The position numbers and the translations under genes are program-made. Below the pieces are notes generated by a model, which saw only the letters and a program-made list of their open reading frames with translations, made no database searches and was not told the origin of the DNA. A DNA stretch of 64,000 bases from Octopus vulgaris (Eukaryota), in assembly GCA_951406725.2 (NCBI GenBank), contig OX597822.1:1054001-1118000 (forward strand). Direction: 5' to 3'. Shown here in pieces: positions 29,471 to 42,895 of the stretch; positions within the stretch are counted from its first letter, which is position 1; each line of letters opens with the position of its first letter.

Positions 29471-29819
29471 AGAAATGGCTAAAGCGACTTATGGCCATCC
29501 GTGTATATATGTGTATAGACACGCAGGTGATCCTATGGATCCAAAAGGTGAAGAGACGGAAAAAGACACGATTCAAATGCCAAAGGTAGAGTGCTTCATT
29601 CATAAGTTTAAAAATTGATAGCGTAGGCTTCCTGCTTCAATAAGGTACTACACACGCGCGAGGATACACGCTCACACATTGACACACTCCCACACACATA
29701 TATGACGTAAGTTGAGGAATGAAATAATTAAAGAACATACATATATTTACCGAACAAAGTAGGAGAATTAAGTGGGAGATGTGTGGAAGGAAAGAACTGA
29801 TTCACTCAGAAACTATTAC

Positions 29820-29863
29820 GTTTCGCTAAGTACCATAGAGATGGAAACTGAAAAAAGCCTGTC

Positions 29864-29931
<68 letters not shown>

Positions 29932-30470
29932 TTGTGCGTTTGTGTCTGCTTTTGTTCTCACTCACCATCGCCTAACAACTGATAATTGTGTATTCACGTC
30001 CCCGTAATCTAGCGGTTCGGCAAAAAGGAACCGATAATATAAGAACTATGCTTACAAAGAATAAAACCTGGGTTCCATTTGTTCAGCTAAAACCCGTTCA
30101 CACAGAATATTCTTTCGTACTGTTCCTTTTCCTTGTCTCCGTTATTAGACTGAAGCTGTGCTGGGAGACCGCCTTGGAAAACCTTTATTCCAATGATTTG
30201 ACACCAGTACTTTTTTTTTTCTTGCTTTCTTTAAGCCTAGTACTTATTCTATCGGTCTCTTTGCGGAACCGCTAAGTTACGGTGAGGCAAATTCACCAAC
30301 GCCAGTTGTCAAGCGGCGATGAGAGACAAACACTGACACAAACACTGACACAAACACACACACACACACACATACACATACAGTTTCTACTATCACCCGA
30401 GGCTAAAGTAGAAGGTACTTTCCAAAGGTGCTACGCAGCGCGACTGAAGCCGGAACAATGTGTCTGGGAA
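29820..30470. mobile_element. Inverted pair of SINE family B pieces (+ 29820-30090; - 30125-30470)
   Basis: gcggttcggcaaaaaggaaccgataa on + versus tatcggtctctttgcggaaccgctaagttacgg. Confidence 0.75.
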
Positions 30471-30736
30471 GCAACTATAGTGAATAGCATAATTTGTATG
30501 GTTGTGATTTTGACAACTCATCGTAGGAAACCAGGTATGTTTTCTCTGAGGAGCGTCAACAGATAGTGAAGCAGCTCACCAGGAGATTACCCCTTTCACT
30601 TCTGCATATCAGAGCCATAGAAGGAACGTATTTACATATTTATAAATTTCTCACAGCCAGATAAAACTGTACATGCCATTCAGTAAATAGAACTGGTTTC
30701 ATGTAATTCTGTAAGATTTAATTCAGATCATCTTGT

Positions 30737-30760
30737 AGGTTAGGGTTAGGGTTAGGGTTA
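30737..30760 (+). repeat. Short interstitial (TTAGGG)n tract
   Basis: taggttagggttagggttagggtta. Confidence 0.8.
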
Positions 30761-31813
30761 TTGAAAAAGGTACACTGTTCTATTCAGAGTCAACATTATA
30801 ATCGGAATAATGTCACTGAAGTCTGGTGTCGATTAACTGGAATAAACGTTTTTCAAGTAAGTACTGTTTATTTCGCTCCAGTTAGAATTCTTAGAGTAAA
30901 TTCTAATTATTCTTGTGTTAGGATAGGAAGAACATATTGTCTTAAGGTTGCATAAATTAATTTTTGTGAATAATGATGGAAGAATTAAAATTCTTGGACA
31001 GTGTTCGCACTCTTGGCGTATATGAATGCGACTAAACTTAAAAAGCAAATGTAGTCCAGCTAACTACCATTCCTTCGCTAAATTGGCCTCATGTAAAGAA
31101 TATAAGGTTGGGGTATGTGGGATTGGTACTTTCTATACTTTATTTTAATAAGAATCAAAAATATTTCCAAACTATTACCGTTTATTTGTACTCATTTTGT
31201 CTCTGGTTACTGCAATGGAATTAATATTATTTTGTTGTTTTATTGTTTATTTCGGTTTTGTTTGTTTTCATTGTCGTAAGCAGTATTGATTATATATGTA
31301 TAACACGCAGAAATCTAGACAACAATCTTAGGCTTCTTTCCGTCTCTCTACGTGGCATTTCTCGAACTGACCAAGAGAATAGAAGAAATTTTAGCCAAAC
31401 AAATTCAACGTCAAATGCGATGCCATTAACGGATAATCCGTTCTAGGTCAAGTGATGGCTTCAACAGAAGGAAGAGGAGCAAAGAAGAAGTATATGTTAA
31501 GAAAGATAATATGAAGGAAAAGAGGGGAAAAAACTAAGCAAAACAGGAAACAGAAACTGACAAAGAGACGGGCAGTAAAATGGCGGGCGTTATTAAGAGG
31601 TGAACGATGGGCAAAAAGTTCTAAAATAAAAACAAAGACGTGAAAATAAAGAAATAAAAATTACTGGTAATGTGACTAAACTAAACTGTGTGCTTTGTTA
31701 CTAAGGTTGGCGGTGGTATAAGGTGAACAATATGTGATAAAACATATAACTGCTGATTGGAAAGGTCAAATCAGAGAAAAGCCCGTGGATTAGTCAAGGA
31801 AGAAAACGAATAC

Positions 31814-31855
<42 letters not shown>

Positions 31856-34800
31856 CTGGTAATAGGCAGGCAATAATGCATCAGTGAAATTATTTTGTGT
31901 TCATATAAATAAAGTCATATTTAGAATATTATTTCATGACTGGTCAGTGAAGAGATCTTCGTACCTGACGAACTGGCCAAAACAAAAGTATTTTTAATTT
32001 TCAATAAATCACGTTCAGCTCACTGAACATGCATTATCTAAATTTCTGCTGCAAGAGTGTAGAACATTGTCGAAGTAAAAAGATGCGATTATTGGAAATC
32101 TTACTGGAGATGGTTCACTTCTGGTTTAAGACTAAGGATTTAACATTTGACTTAATAAAAGAATGAAGGTTGCGAGTCGAACCAAATGCTTAGCAGCATT
32201 TCTTCTGAGTTCAAATCCTGCCTAGGTAAAAATGTGCATTTCACCCTTTCAAGAGTGATAAAATAAAGGACCAGTCAGGTATTGAGGTCGATGTAATCTA
32301 TTAATTCCTTCCCACAAAATTTCAGGCATTGTGCCTCTTTTAGAAAGAATTTAGTGAAGGAATTTAGTTTGCTGGACAGAATTTGCTTTCTAAGTTTAGA
32401 CTCACTCAGATACGTCAAGAATGTAAAAACTCTCCAAAATAAATTTATGTCGCCTTAAAACAATACGATCTTACTATCCCAACACAAAGAATATCTAAAA
32501 TGAAACATATATATGCTTGTGTGTGTGTGTGTGTGTGTGTGTACGCATGTGTGCATTTGAAACGCTGTCGTCTTACCTTCTAAAAGATGGTACACAATTT
32601 CAGATACCACGGAAGCGCCCTGTGTTACATTTAGATTGGTTTATAAGTCTAAAATACGTGGGCTTTATGCACTATAGTGCATAATCGGACTGTAAAATTT
32701 TATAATGCCTTATATATTTGAAATTTTCTGAAGATTAATAGTCTTTCATAATAGCTGAATATTTTAGAAGTATATAGAAATTCAGATTTGAAACAATGAA
32801 AAACATAAAACAAAACAAAATTGTCTTCCCGAAGCGTAGGCGTGACTGTATGGGTCAACCGTTTGCTTCCCAACCAAATGGTTTTCAGTTCAGTCCCATT
32901 GCATGGCACCTTGAGCAAATATCTTCTGCTGTAGCCCCGGCCTGACCAAAGCCTCGTGAGAATATTTTGTTGACAGAAACTGAAAGAAGTCCGTCATTTG
33001 TGTGTGTGTGTGTGTATATATATATATACTTGCCCAAGGTGCCACACACTGGGACTGAACTATGAACCATGGGGTTAAGAACCAAGCTTCTTACCACACA
33101 GCCACCCCTGCGCCTATTTAATATGTATTAGTATTTTAACCCGATTTCATTCGGATCTACTCAGGTCATATTTTAAAGATGAGGAATTTTACCCTAGGTG
33201 CCACGCCTTTCAATTGCCATGCAAACTCCCTACCACTTTTAACATAGCTGTGCAAATTTTCAGGTCAATCCGACCACATTTACTAACACTTACGAGGAAT
33301 AGATTGGACTGATCTGACCCCGACATGCAGCTGGTATCTACATTAAGTAAGTTTACGAGACAAGATTTGAACACAACTCCGGTAGATAAAATAAGTAAAA
33401 CCACTGCTAGGGTTATTTCCACTCAACGTCTTGAGAAATGCAATAAAATATCTTTATGTTCTTATGCTAATATTTCTCTATCACACATCTCAGCTGCTAT
33501 AAGTGTTGTTTTCTAAGTTATTGATTATATATTAAATCCTAAGACTCCAGTTTGACTGGAAATTCTTTTGAAATTACCATTTTTGAAATTACAATTCTGT
33601 GTCTATGAAATGGATATCTTCAGCTTTCACCAATCTTCTCGAATTGCATAAGAATATTCTTTGCATGAAGAGATGGTGGAATAACAAAAAAAAAAAAAAA
33701 TTAACTAAAAGAAATCGAAACCAGAATCGCTAGCATTAATTAAAATTGTCCAACAGTTCCACAACAACAACAAAAATTTAAATCATTCCCTCTTCCCGTC
33801 TCTGCCATTGTTTTTCCTTTTTCATTTTCAAAGAGTTTAAACTGAAGCTGAATCCTTCTACTAGAATACCCACGTAGATCGAAATGGTAAATTGTATGTT
33901 TTTGGTTTGTTTGTTTTTGAAATCTAAATATGATTTTTTTTGGTTTCCATTTATCTTTTGTACTATAACACACATTTCCTCGCTTTCGTGGACACTGAAA
34001 ATAGCGTTCACATCCGTTGCTGAAAGTGTCTCCCTATCCTTTGTTACTAATACACCATAGTACATACAAATATACTTAAGTTTCAGTACAAATATAATCT
34101 TTATTCAAGTCTGGATCTTCAAAACAATCGACTCAGCTTATCCTTTGTTTTATTCACTACATAGGCATTTTTAAAACTAATATATCCCCTCAAAATTCTT
34201 GGCTTTGAACCTATATCAGAAGCAATTGTTGTTATTATTACTAAGGTAGTTAAAACAGCCGTCAAAATGATTTCCGACATTTCGTCCGTCTTTACCTTCT
34301 GAGCCTAAATTCTGTCGGGGCCGACTTTGCGTTTCATCGTTTCGGCGTCGATAAAACATACATCAGTTGTGCACTGGAGTTGATGGAATCGAGTTAACCT
34401 CTTGACTAGAATTGCTGGCCTTGTGCTAAAATCTGAAGTTATTATCAAGGTTGTTAGATGGTTAAAAGGGCGCGAGGTGGGCGAATCATTGGCATGCCGT
34501 ACAGTAAGTTTAGCCTGTCTACGTTCTGAGTTCACATTCCAGCCAGATCGACTGTGCCTTTCATCCTTTCGGGGTCAATAATGTAAGTGCTAGTTGAACA
34601 CTGGAGTCGATGCAACTGACTAGTCTCGTAGTAGACAGTTGGGGACTTGGGTCGATGCAATTAACTTACCCGTTCCCTGAAAATACTGCCCTTTGTCAAA
34701 GTTTGACCCCATTATTAAGGTAGACACGTAGAATAAACCAGCGGTAGTGCGGTATTTATTCTGACTTTATGTTTTGAGTTCACATTCGGCCGAGATCAAG

Positions 34801-35222
34801 TTTGCCTTTCACTCGTTCGGAATCGATAAAATGAAGTCCTAATCAAGTACTGAAAGTCAATGGAATTTACTAACCCTTATTCCCGAAAGTGCTAGTCCTG
34901 TGACTAAGTCTGAAATCAATATCATTAAGACATCTAGCCAGGAGTAGTACCTCTTTCTGTTCTCTATGCCCTAAGTTCAAATCTCGCCGAAGATGACTTT
35001 TGATTTTCATCCTTCCGGGACAAATGTAAAGTACCAGACAGGTTCTGGAACAGATAGTATCGACTAACGCTTTGCTCTCAAAATTGCTGACGATGTGCTT
35101 CAACTGGAAACAATACTTCAAAGAGCATCAGGTTGGTATGAGGCCGAGACTCACAGTGGAAACGGTTTAGTAATATTTGATTCGTGGGTACGACTTAAAT
35201 TACAGATGTTTCAACACATCTA

Positions 35223-35761
35223 AAGGGGAGGTAATCGAGTTTTACCAAAAACTTCTGTGACTTCACATAAGCGGTCTTTGTGTAAGTCGAAACTAAAAAC
35301 TAACCCTAACCAACCTACCCTTAACTCTAACTGGCGGAAGTAAAGAATATGTACATCACCCGTTTTCTACGTAACCCTAAATCTGAAACTAACCCTAAAC
35401 TCTAACTCTAACCTTAAATCATAGCCCCAAGCACTAAACCTAACCCTAAACCAATCCTAAACACTAACCCTAACCCTAAACCAATCTTAAACACTAACCC
35501 TAACCCTAAAACTCGCCCTAAGCCCTAATTATAAACACTAACACTAAAACTAACCCTAAACCCTAACCCTAAAACTAACATTAACCCTTACCCTAAATCA
35601 TGACCCTAACACTAACCCTAACGGGTGTGCACGGTAAGAACATCAGATTAAAAATAGACGATATTGTGGGGGAAATGATCAGAATAAAAACAGACGATAT
35701 TGGGGAGCCCCTTACATCATTAATAAAAACTAGATTTGGTAAAACTAGATTACCTCCCCTT
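35223..35761. mobile_element. TIR-bounded non-autonomous DNA element carrying a degenerate (TAACCC)n array
   Basis: 27-bp TIRs aaggggaggtaatc(g/t)agttttaccaaa at 35223-35249 and 35735-35761 (one mismatch). Telomere-like units run from about 35290 to 35622. Confidence 0.8.
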
Positions 35762-36342
35762 CATATCGTTACGTAGATACATGGAGACCTCTGTATTTAG
35801 CTAGTGCCGATTCGTGTCCCTACGTTCTACATTTAAACCTCGCTACGGCTAACATTGACTTTCATTTTTCTGAAGTCAATAAAATATAGCATCAGTCAAG
35901 TATTGGGTCGTTGATATCGAATAACAATTTGTCATCAAAAATTCTGGTTGTGTGCCTAATTTAGAAACAAAGTTACTATTATTTATCCGCCAATAAGGAG
36001 CTGGCAGAATCGTTAACACAGCGGGCAAAATGCTTAGCTGCATTCCGTCCCTCTTTACATTCTGATTTCGAATTCCGCCCAGGTCGACTTTGTCATTCAC
36101 CCTCTCTATAAAATAAGTACCAGTTAGTGTCGATGGAAGTGACTTGTCCCCTCCCCTGGAATTGCTGACCCTGTACTGAGATTTGAAATCATTATTTATC
36201 TGTCGATGTCTGCTGCTCATCCTTCTGGAGTCAATAAAATAAAGCATCAGTTAACTAATGGTCTGGAGATAACCAATCCCAGTACTTGAACCCGCCGTCT
36301 AAAACTGCAGGCCTCGGTTCAGCATACGGAACCATTAAGTCC

Positions 36343-36432
36343 GCCCTCATGGCTCAGTCGGTAAAGCATCACTTTCATGCGTTACTTTTGTGGTTGATCT
36401 GAAAGTCGCGGATTCAAGTCACTCTGCGGGTG
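36343..36432 (+). pseudogene. tRNA-Lys(UUU)-like pseudogene with a 19-nt insert at the canonical intron position
   Basis: GCCCTCATGGCTCAGTCGGTAAAGCATCA-CTTTCA-[36378-36396]-ATCTGAAAGTCGCGGATTCAAGTC..TGCGGGTG resembles eukaryotic tRNA-Lys(UUU). The anticodon stem and T stem are damaged. Confidence 0.65.
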
Positions 36433-36927
36433 CACAAATAAGGTCGTGCGATGGCAGAATCGTTAGCGTTAAGGGCAAAGTGCTAAGCGGGATTTCTTCA
36501 GGTCCATTACAATCTGCGTTAAAATCCTACCGATCTCAGTTGCTACTTTGGCAAGGTGTAGCGATTCGTGTTGAATGCCTTCTTGTAATCTAGCCATAAT
36601 TGTTAGGAGATTATGGTGAAGCTGCTTGGCTATCTTAAGGACAGCTTTGTTGAGAAGCCCCGGACTCCTTACATTCCTCCTGTCTGTTCTTCAGGTATCA
36701 CACCATTTGTTTGGCAATGGTCTTGGAGAAACATATCAAAACAACCTGTGTATAGTTTGTACATAAAATTCAAGCATGCTAAGGCCCTATAGCTTTTGAC
36801 ATGTATGTTTGTATGTATGTATGTGATATGTATCTAATGCCTACATGTGTGTGTGCGTATACATGCTCATATATATATACGTATATGGATATATTTCTAC
36901 ATGGCTATGTATGTATGTATGTATCCT

Positions 36928-37002
<75 letters not shown>

Positions 37003-37421
37003 GTATATCTATCTATCTATGTGTGTGTGCAAATATATGCATGCGTGTGTTATATATCTTAATAATTCTAATGCGCACTCTTTCGTTTTTCTCTCTCTGT
37101 CTCTTATTCTTTCACCTCCTCTTCTACCAGTATTCTAACCTATTACTCTGTCCTCTCTCTCCCTTATTTCTCCCTTGCTCACGTGGCCCCTACGTGACCA
37201 TCGACCATCTTTCTTCTCCTAACTTGTGTTTCTTTCCCTCCGTTGTAGATGGAACAAAGATGTTTTCTTGTCTGTCTCCTGTCCGAGCTTGATTTACGCG
37301 TTCGTCACTAGAACATTGTTTAGATTTGCAGCCCTTCCTGTTTGCTTTCACTGTCCTGTTTGTGCTACCAATTTTGACCTCCGCAAAATTCCAAATTTTA
37401 TCTAATTTGCTTTGCGGGAGC

Positions 37422-37506
37422 AACTATTTTATCGAAAGCGAATATTGTTGTTAAATGCTCGAATTACGAGAGTAGAAAAACAGCCAACAACTGATGAAGG
37501 GTAGTT
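37422..37506 (+). ncRNA. Hammerhead-like motif in type II order (GAAA before CUGAUGA)
   Basis: AACTATTTT-atc-GAAA-gcga-ATA-TTGTTG..CAACAA-CTGATGA-AGGGTAGTT. Stem I is perfect, stem II pairs with G-U wobble, and stem III is poor. Confidence 0.4.
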
Positions 37507-37630
37507 CTTTGTGTTGTTTGTTTTGTTTTCCATTTATCTCTTTTGTTGTTTGAAAAAATAGTTCATATTCCATGGACTCGTACTTCGTATTTTTTGTTGT
37601 ACACGTTTTTTGACATCCTCTGCCCACACA

Positions 37631-37670
<40 letters not shown>

Positions 37671-37751
37671 CACTCGTATAGATGTATGTACGTATACGTA
37701 TGCATATATTCCTATATATATATAGTATTTATATTATATTGCATTATATTA

Positions 37752-37842
<91 letters not shown>

Positions 37843-38719
37843 AGAGAGATCAAGGACCAAACAGCTGTAATGTCTGAATAAAACTCCTAGATTTATTTTC
37901 ATGCAACAAGTATAGGAAAGGAGACATAACACTTAAAAAAAATAACCCGAAAAATTCAAGGAAAAAAACAAAGAAAAAGTACGAAGTCTTTTTTGAATTC
38001 GAACAAATAAAGGGGTTCCGATTTCAAACAGAACAGTCACCATCACCACCACTACCACCCCTAAAAACAGATCACAACAAACGGGGTAGGGAATAGAATT
38101 AAAATAGACCAACCTGCCTCACGAATCTTTACCTTCACTGATTGTTGTGGGTGGCTGGGTGGCTGTAGGTGTGCTTCGGTAGAGTTTTAGTAGTTTCCTT
38201 GTTGATTTCGTTTTTGTCTTCTTTGCTTAGCTCAATTGATTTATTTACTTCCGCAGGAGAAGGAATTGGGAGATGTATGAGTTTGTGAGTATATGTGTGT
38301 GTGAGACTTTCTGTATAGGGGTGTCTAAGTGTGAGTGTACATGTGTGTGCATTTTCAGCGGTAGATATTACTTGTGTGTATTTTTCGCCTGTACTTAACG
38401 CTTTTATTTGCGCACATATCTATGTGTGAGTGTACATATGTATATAAATAAGTATAGGCATGAATCAGTGTAGATCGTGTTAACGGAAAATTTCGCCTAA
38501 TGATATATTTATCAAATATGCCGTCAAGCGAAACTTGAAGTCCTCAAAACTGCGAACATTAACCCCTTTTCTAAAGGTTTATGCTTGTTTCCAAGCTTTT
38601 AGTTGGCCCTTGTTTTATAAGTTCTGAGTAATATAACTCTTTCCTTTCATAAGCCCGAAGTTAATCTGGTGGTTGAAAAAAATGGGGATGTGCATGGACG
38701 CCAGAGAAATATGCCGTGT

Positions 38720-38830
38720 CTATCACAATCATTTGATGAGCAGTGATTTGTCCTTGAATCTCAAAAGAGAGGTCTTCAATCAGTGTGTGCTACCTGCCAT
38801 TTCGTATGCACCAGAAACATGGGCTACCAA
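38720..38830 (+). pseudogene. RTE-type LINE fragment (post-RT region)
   Basis: LSLNLKREVFNQCVLPAISYAPETWA matches the RTE motif LK.KVFNQCVLP...YG.ETW. Confidence 0.75.
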
Positions 38831-38966
38831 CAACAACAACATTGAAAATGAGGAAAAGTTAACATGAAAACGCTTCAAGGTAAATTCTACCACGGAAAAT
38901 TCCACCAGGTAAATATTTTAGATTTATATATACATATATATATTGAACTTCATATATATATATATG

Positions 38967-39045
<79 letters not shown>

Positions 39046-39113
39046 TGTATGTATGTATATATATGTATGTATATATGTATGTATGTATATATGTGTATAT
39101 ATATGTACATATA

Positions 39114-39173
<60 letters not shown>

Positions 39174-39285
39174 TAAGTTTACCGTAAATGGTCCTTTTAA
39201 CATGCCGAATGCTACTTGGTAAAATTATTAATTATTAATTAATTAATTAATTGTGTATTCCTGTTCGAACATGTGTATTGTTCGA

Positions 39286-39343
<58 letters not shown>

Positions 39344-39853
39344 CAAATAAAAAAAATGGAGAAGGTAAACAATGGACAAACAACACCGTGTTAATCTTCA
39401 ATTATACCTATTTATTAATTGATTAATTGACTACATTCATATGTATGAGTGATCCAAATAAACGAATGAAGTAAGCAACTAAATACATAGGGAAATAAAT
39501 ACATAAGCTGGTATATACGTAGGTACATTAATTAAAGAAGTAAATAGATAGGTACTGGAAACAAAAAAGACGAAATGAATGAAGAAATACTAAATTCTTA
39601 CAGCCGTTTCTACGATGCGATTGCCCAATCTTCCAAGATTTCCAAATCAGGCCAGTGATATACGGAGATTTTATAATCCTTGTATATCACTGGCCTTATT
39701 TGGAAAACACCAAATATATGAATACTAGGCTTATAAGTTCTGTGTCGATTTGTTCGACAAAAGGCAGTTACTCCAGCACAGCCGCTGTCAAATGACTGAA
39801 ACAAGTGAGATAATTTATACATGCATATCTATATATATATATCTATGAACATG

Positions 39854-39929
<76 letters not shown>

Positions 39930-40413
39930 TATACATATCTATTTCTATACATATATCTATATCTATATCTATATATATATATCTATATATATATATCTTA
40001 TGTACATATATATATATATATATATATCTTATGTACATATTATATATATATATATATATATCTTTTATATACATTTATATATATATGTACGTACACATAC
40101 ATATGAATGAGTATCTGCGTGAAAGTGGGGTAGAGACAGAGAGAGCATGAAAACCTGGAAGCGATGTTCACAATGAAACAAAGAATTAAGATATTAAAAT
40201 CGAACTTAAAAGTTAGAGGTTTGAATCAAATTCTGAACAGAGTATCGAGTGACGACAAAAGTTCTCAAGCTGACGCCAGAATTTTATCAATTTTAAATCA
40301 TTCACAGATCATTTACATATGAAGATACACGGAGGTCAATGTAAATGCGTGTAATATATGCTGCTAGTGTGAGTATGTATGTTTATGTTTGTGTTTGTTG
40401 TGTGTCGTTATAT

Positions 40414-40486
<73 letters not shown>

Positions 40487-40494
40487 CATATATG

Positions 40495-40638
<144 letters not shown>

Positions 40639-40754
40639 CGTATATATATACGTATGTATGTATATATATATATATATATATACGTATATATATATATACG
40701 TATATATATATACGTATGTATGTATATATATATATATATACGTATATATATATG

Positions 40755-40805
<51 letters not shown>

Positions 40806-40807
<2 letters not shown>

Positions 40808-41083
40808 GCGCAATGGCAGCGGACTCGCGGTCGTAGGATCGCGGTTTCGATTCCCAGACTGGGCGTTGTGAGTGTTTATTGAGCGAAAACACCTAAGCTC
40901 CACGAGGCTCCAGCAGGGGGTGGTGATCCCTGCTGTACTCTTTCACCACTCTTTCTCCCACTCTTTCTTCTGTTGGCCTGCTCGCTTAGCCAGCGGGGTG
41001 GCGTCATTCGAAAGCTAAAAGAATGCGAACGCATTGTGACCAGCGATATGTTACTACATCTGATGGACTGGTCGGTCACTTGA
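40806..41083 (+). mobile_element. SINE family C
   Basis: Matches the reverse complement of 10748-11031, with a short deletion in the head. Confidence 0.85.
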
Positions 41084-41266
41084 TATATATATATGTATAT
41101 ATATGTGTGTAAATATATATGTATATATATATAAATGTATTATATATATATATATATATATATATGCACATATATGTATGTATGTATACACACATAAATG
41201 CATATACATATAAATATGTATATATATACACACACATATACATATATTTATATAGGTATATGCAAG

Positions 41267-41306
<40 letters not shown>

Positions 41307-41376
41307 GGTATATATTTATATATATATGGATGTATTTATATATGCATATATGTATGCATATATGCGTATGTACCGT

Positions 41377-41426
<50 letters not shown>

Positions 41427-41609
41427 GTCTATATATGTGTATACATATATATGCGTATGTATATGTGTATACATATATATGCGTATGTATATATGTATAC
41501 ATATATATGTGTATGTATATATATGTATCTATATATATACATATATATATATATATGTATATATATATGTGTGTGTGTGTGTGTATGTATAACTATATGT
41601 TCATATATA

Positions 41610-42725
41610 TTGCTGTGTTCCATGGTGAATTGTTTGTTGCTATTGGTATTGTTGAGCATTGTTTTGAAATTGAGGAGTTTGTCTATGTTATCTTTCCAAA
41701 GTATAAAGCAGTCATCTACATACCTCTTCCAGATCTTTATATAGCAATGAAATGAGGTGCCATATTTTTGTGGTGATGGTTGGTAAGTTCTAGGTAAACC
41801 ATTACAAGGTTCGTAATTACTAGGGCATCTCAGGTTCCCATTGTATTTCCACATTTATGTCGATAATAGACTGAATCGAACATGAAATAGTTGTTCAGTA
41901 GGAGGAATTTCATTGCTGCGATTATGCATCTGTGGTTGATGCGTCCTGAGATCTCTTCTGGGTATTTTTCTACCCAGAAGGAGATTGCTTCTTTGCCATA
42001 ATATTGGTGTACAGGTTCACCACATCGAATGATGCTGACAGGTTTCTTTCATTTCTTGTCTTCGGGAGGTGATTAAACATCTCTAAATCATCCCTGATGA
42101 AGCTTTACTTTAGAAACGGTTTGAGTAAGATGTCGAGGAAATTGCTCAAACGGTGAGTTTCACAAGCAGGACCAGGGGCTTGGGGGAACATGAATGCATA
42201 GGCTTGGAGAATCCTTGCAAGCTTTAGAAATATGTGGATTTTTGTGTATTTTAGGTAATCCGTTGAATAGACTTGGTCTGTATTAAAATTTGGATAAATA
42301 GTCATTTTTTTATGAGGCCCTTTCCATGTATTTAAAATAAGGAGGATAAGTTTTCAATTGTCTTCTGCGGGTTGTATTTTATTATCTTCTCATAGTAAAT
42401 AGTGTTTTCCAACGTGAAGATTATTAAATTTTTATAGTACTCTGTATCCATCACTACTATCGCACTTCCTTTATCGGCTTCTTTAATGGTCATGTTTATA
42501 TCATTTCTTAATTCGGTTTGGTTTTTCCATTCATTTGTGTTAAGGTTGGATTTAATTCCTCGTTTTTGTAGGGTATTGAACGAAAAATTGGTAATGTGTT
42601 CACAAAAATCATCAAGTGCTTTATTTCCCCCTTTTGAAGGCACAGCATTCGCTTTTGTTTATTACTATTGAGTCATCTTCGCTGGTTGTATTTGAGAAGT
42701 GCCTCTGTGAGGCGCAATTTGCGGC
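41610..42725 (-). pseudogene. Penelope-like reverse transcriptase remnant
   Basis: Ordered minus-strand motifs [61 protein letters not shown]. Frameshifted. Confidence 0.9.
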
Positions 42726-42744
42726 AAAAATACATAGTGTTATC

Positions 42745-42864
42745 CTGGGCTGAGGACAATAATATGTAGCTCAATGCTGAAAAATTCCAGGACCTGCGCT
42801 TCAATAATAACAGTATAGCAAAACGGCAGTGCTCCAGCATGGGCGTAGTTCCGAGCTGAAACTA
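42745..42864 (+). mobile_element. CR1/L2-type LINE remnant: short RT piece joined to the 3' end
   Basis: WAEDNNM*LNAEKFQ followed by ggcagtgctccagcatgg..gctgaaact, the same 3' end as 47162-47756. Confidence 0.6.
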
Positions 42865-42895
42865 CAAAAATAATATGTTTATGTGTATATATATA

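Larger units (their letters stand above)
34180..36530 (+). mobile_element. Dense head-to-tail cluster of old SINE family A copies (about 8-9), interrupted by a TIR element and a tRNA pseudogene
   Basis: The recurrent core gac(t)ttg..tttcatcc.t.cgg.gtc.ataaa...agtac occurs near 34320, 34550, 34800, 34995, 35855, 36080 and 36215. Confidence 0.75.

Noticed and set aside
35290-35622. Possible true telomere or chromosome fusion site
   Set aside because: The units are degenerate, single-orientation and enclosed by TIRs.
34180-36530. CRISPR-like periodic array
   Set aside because: The units are about 200-bp diverged SINE copies in eukaryotic DNA, with no constant short repeat, unique spacers or cas genes.
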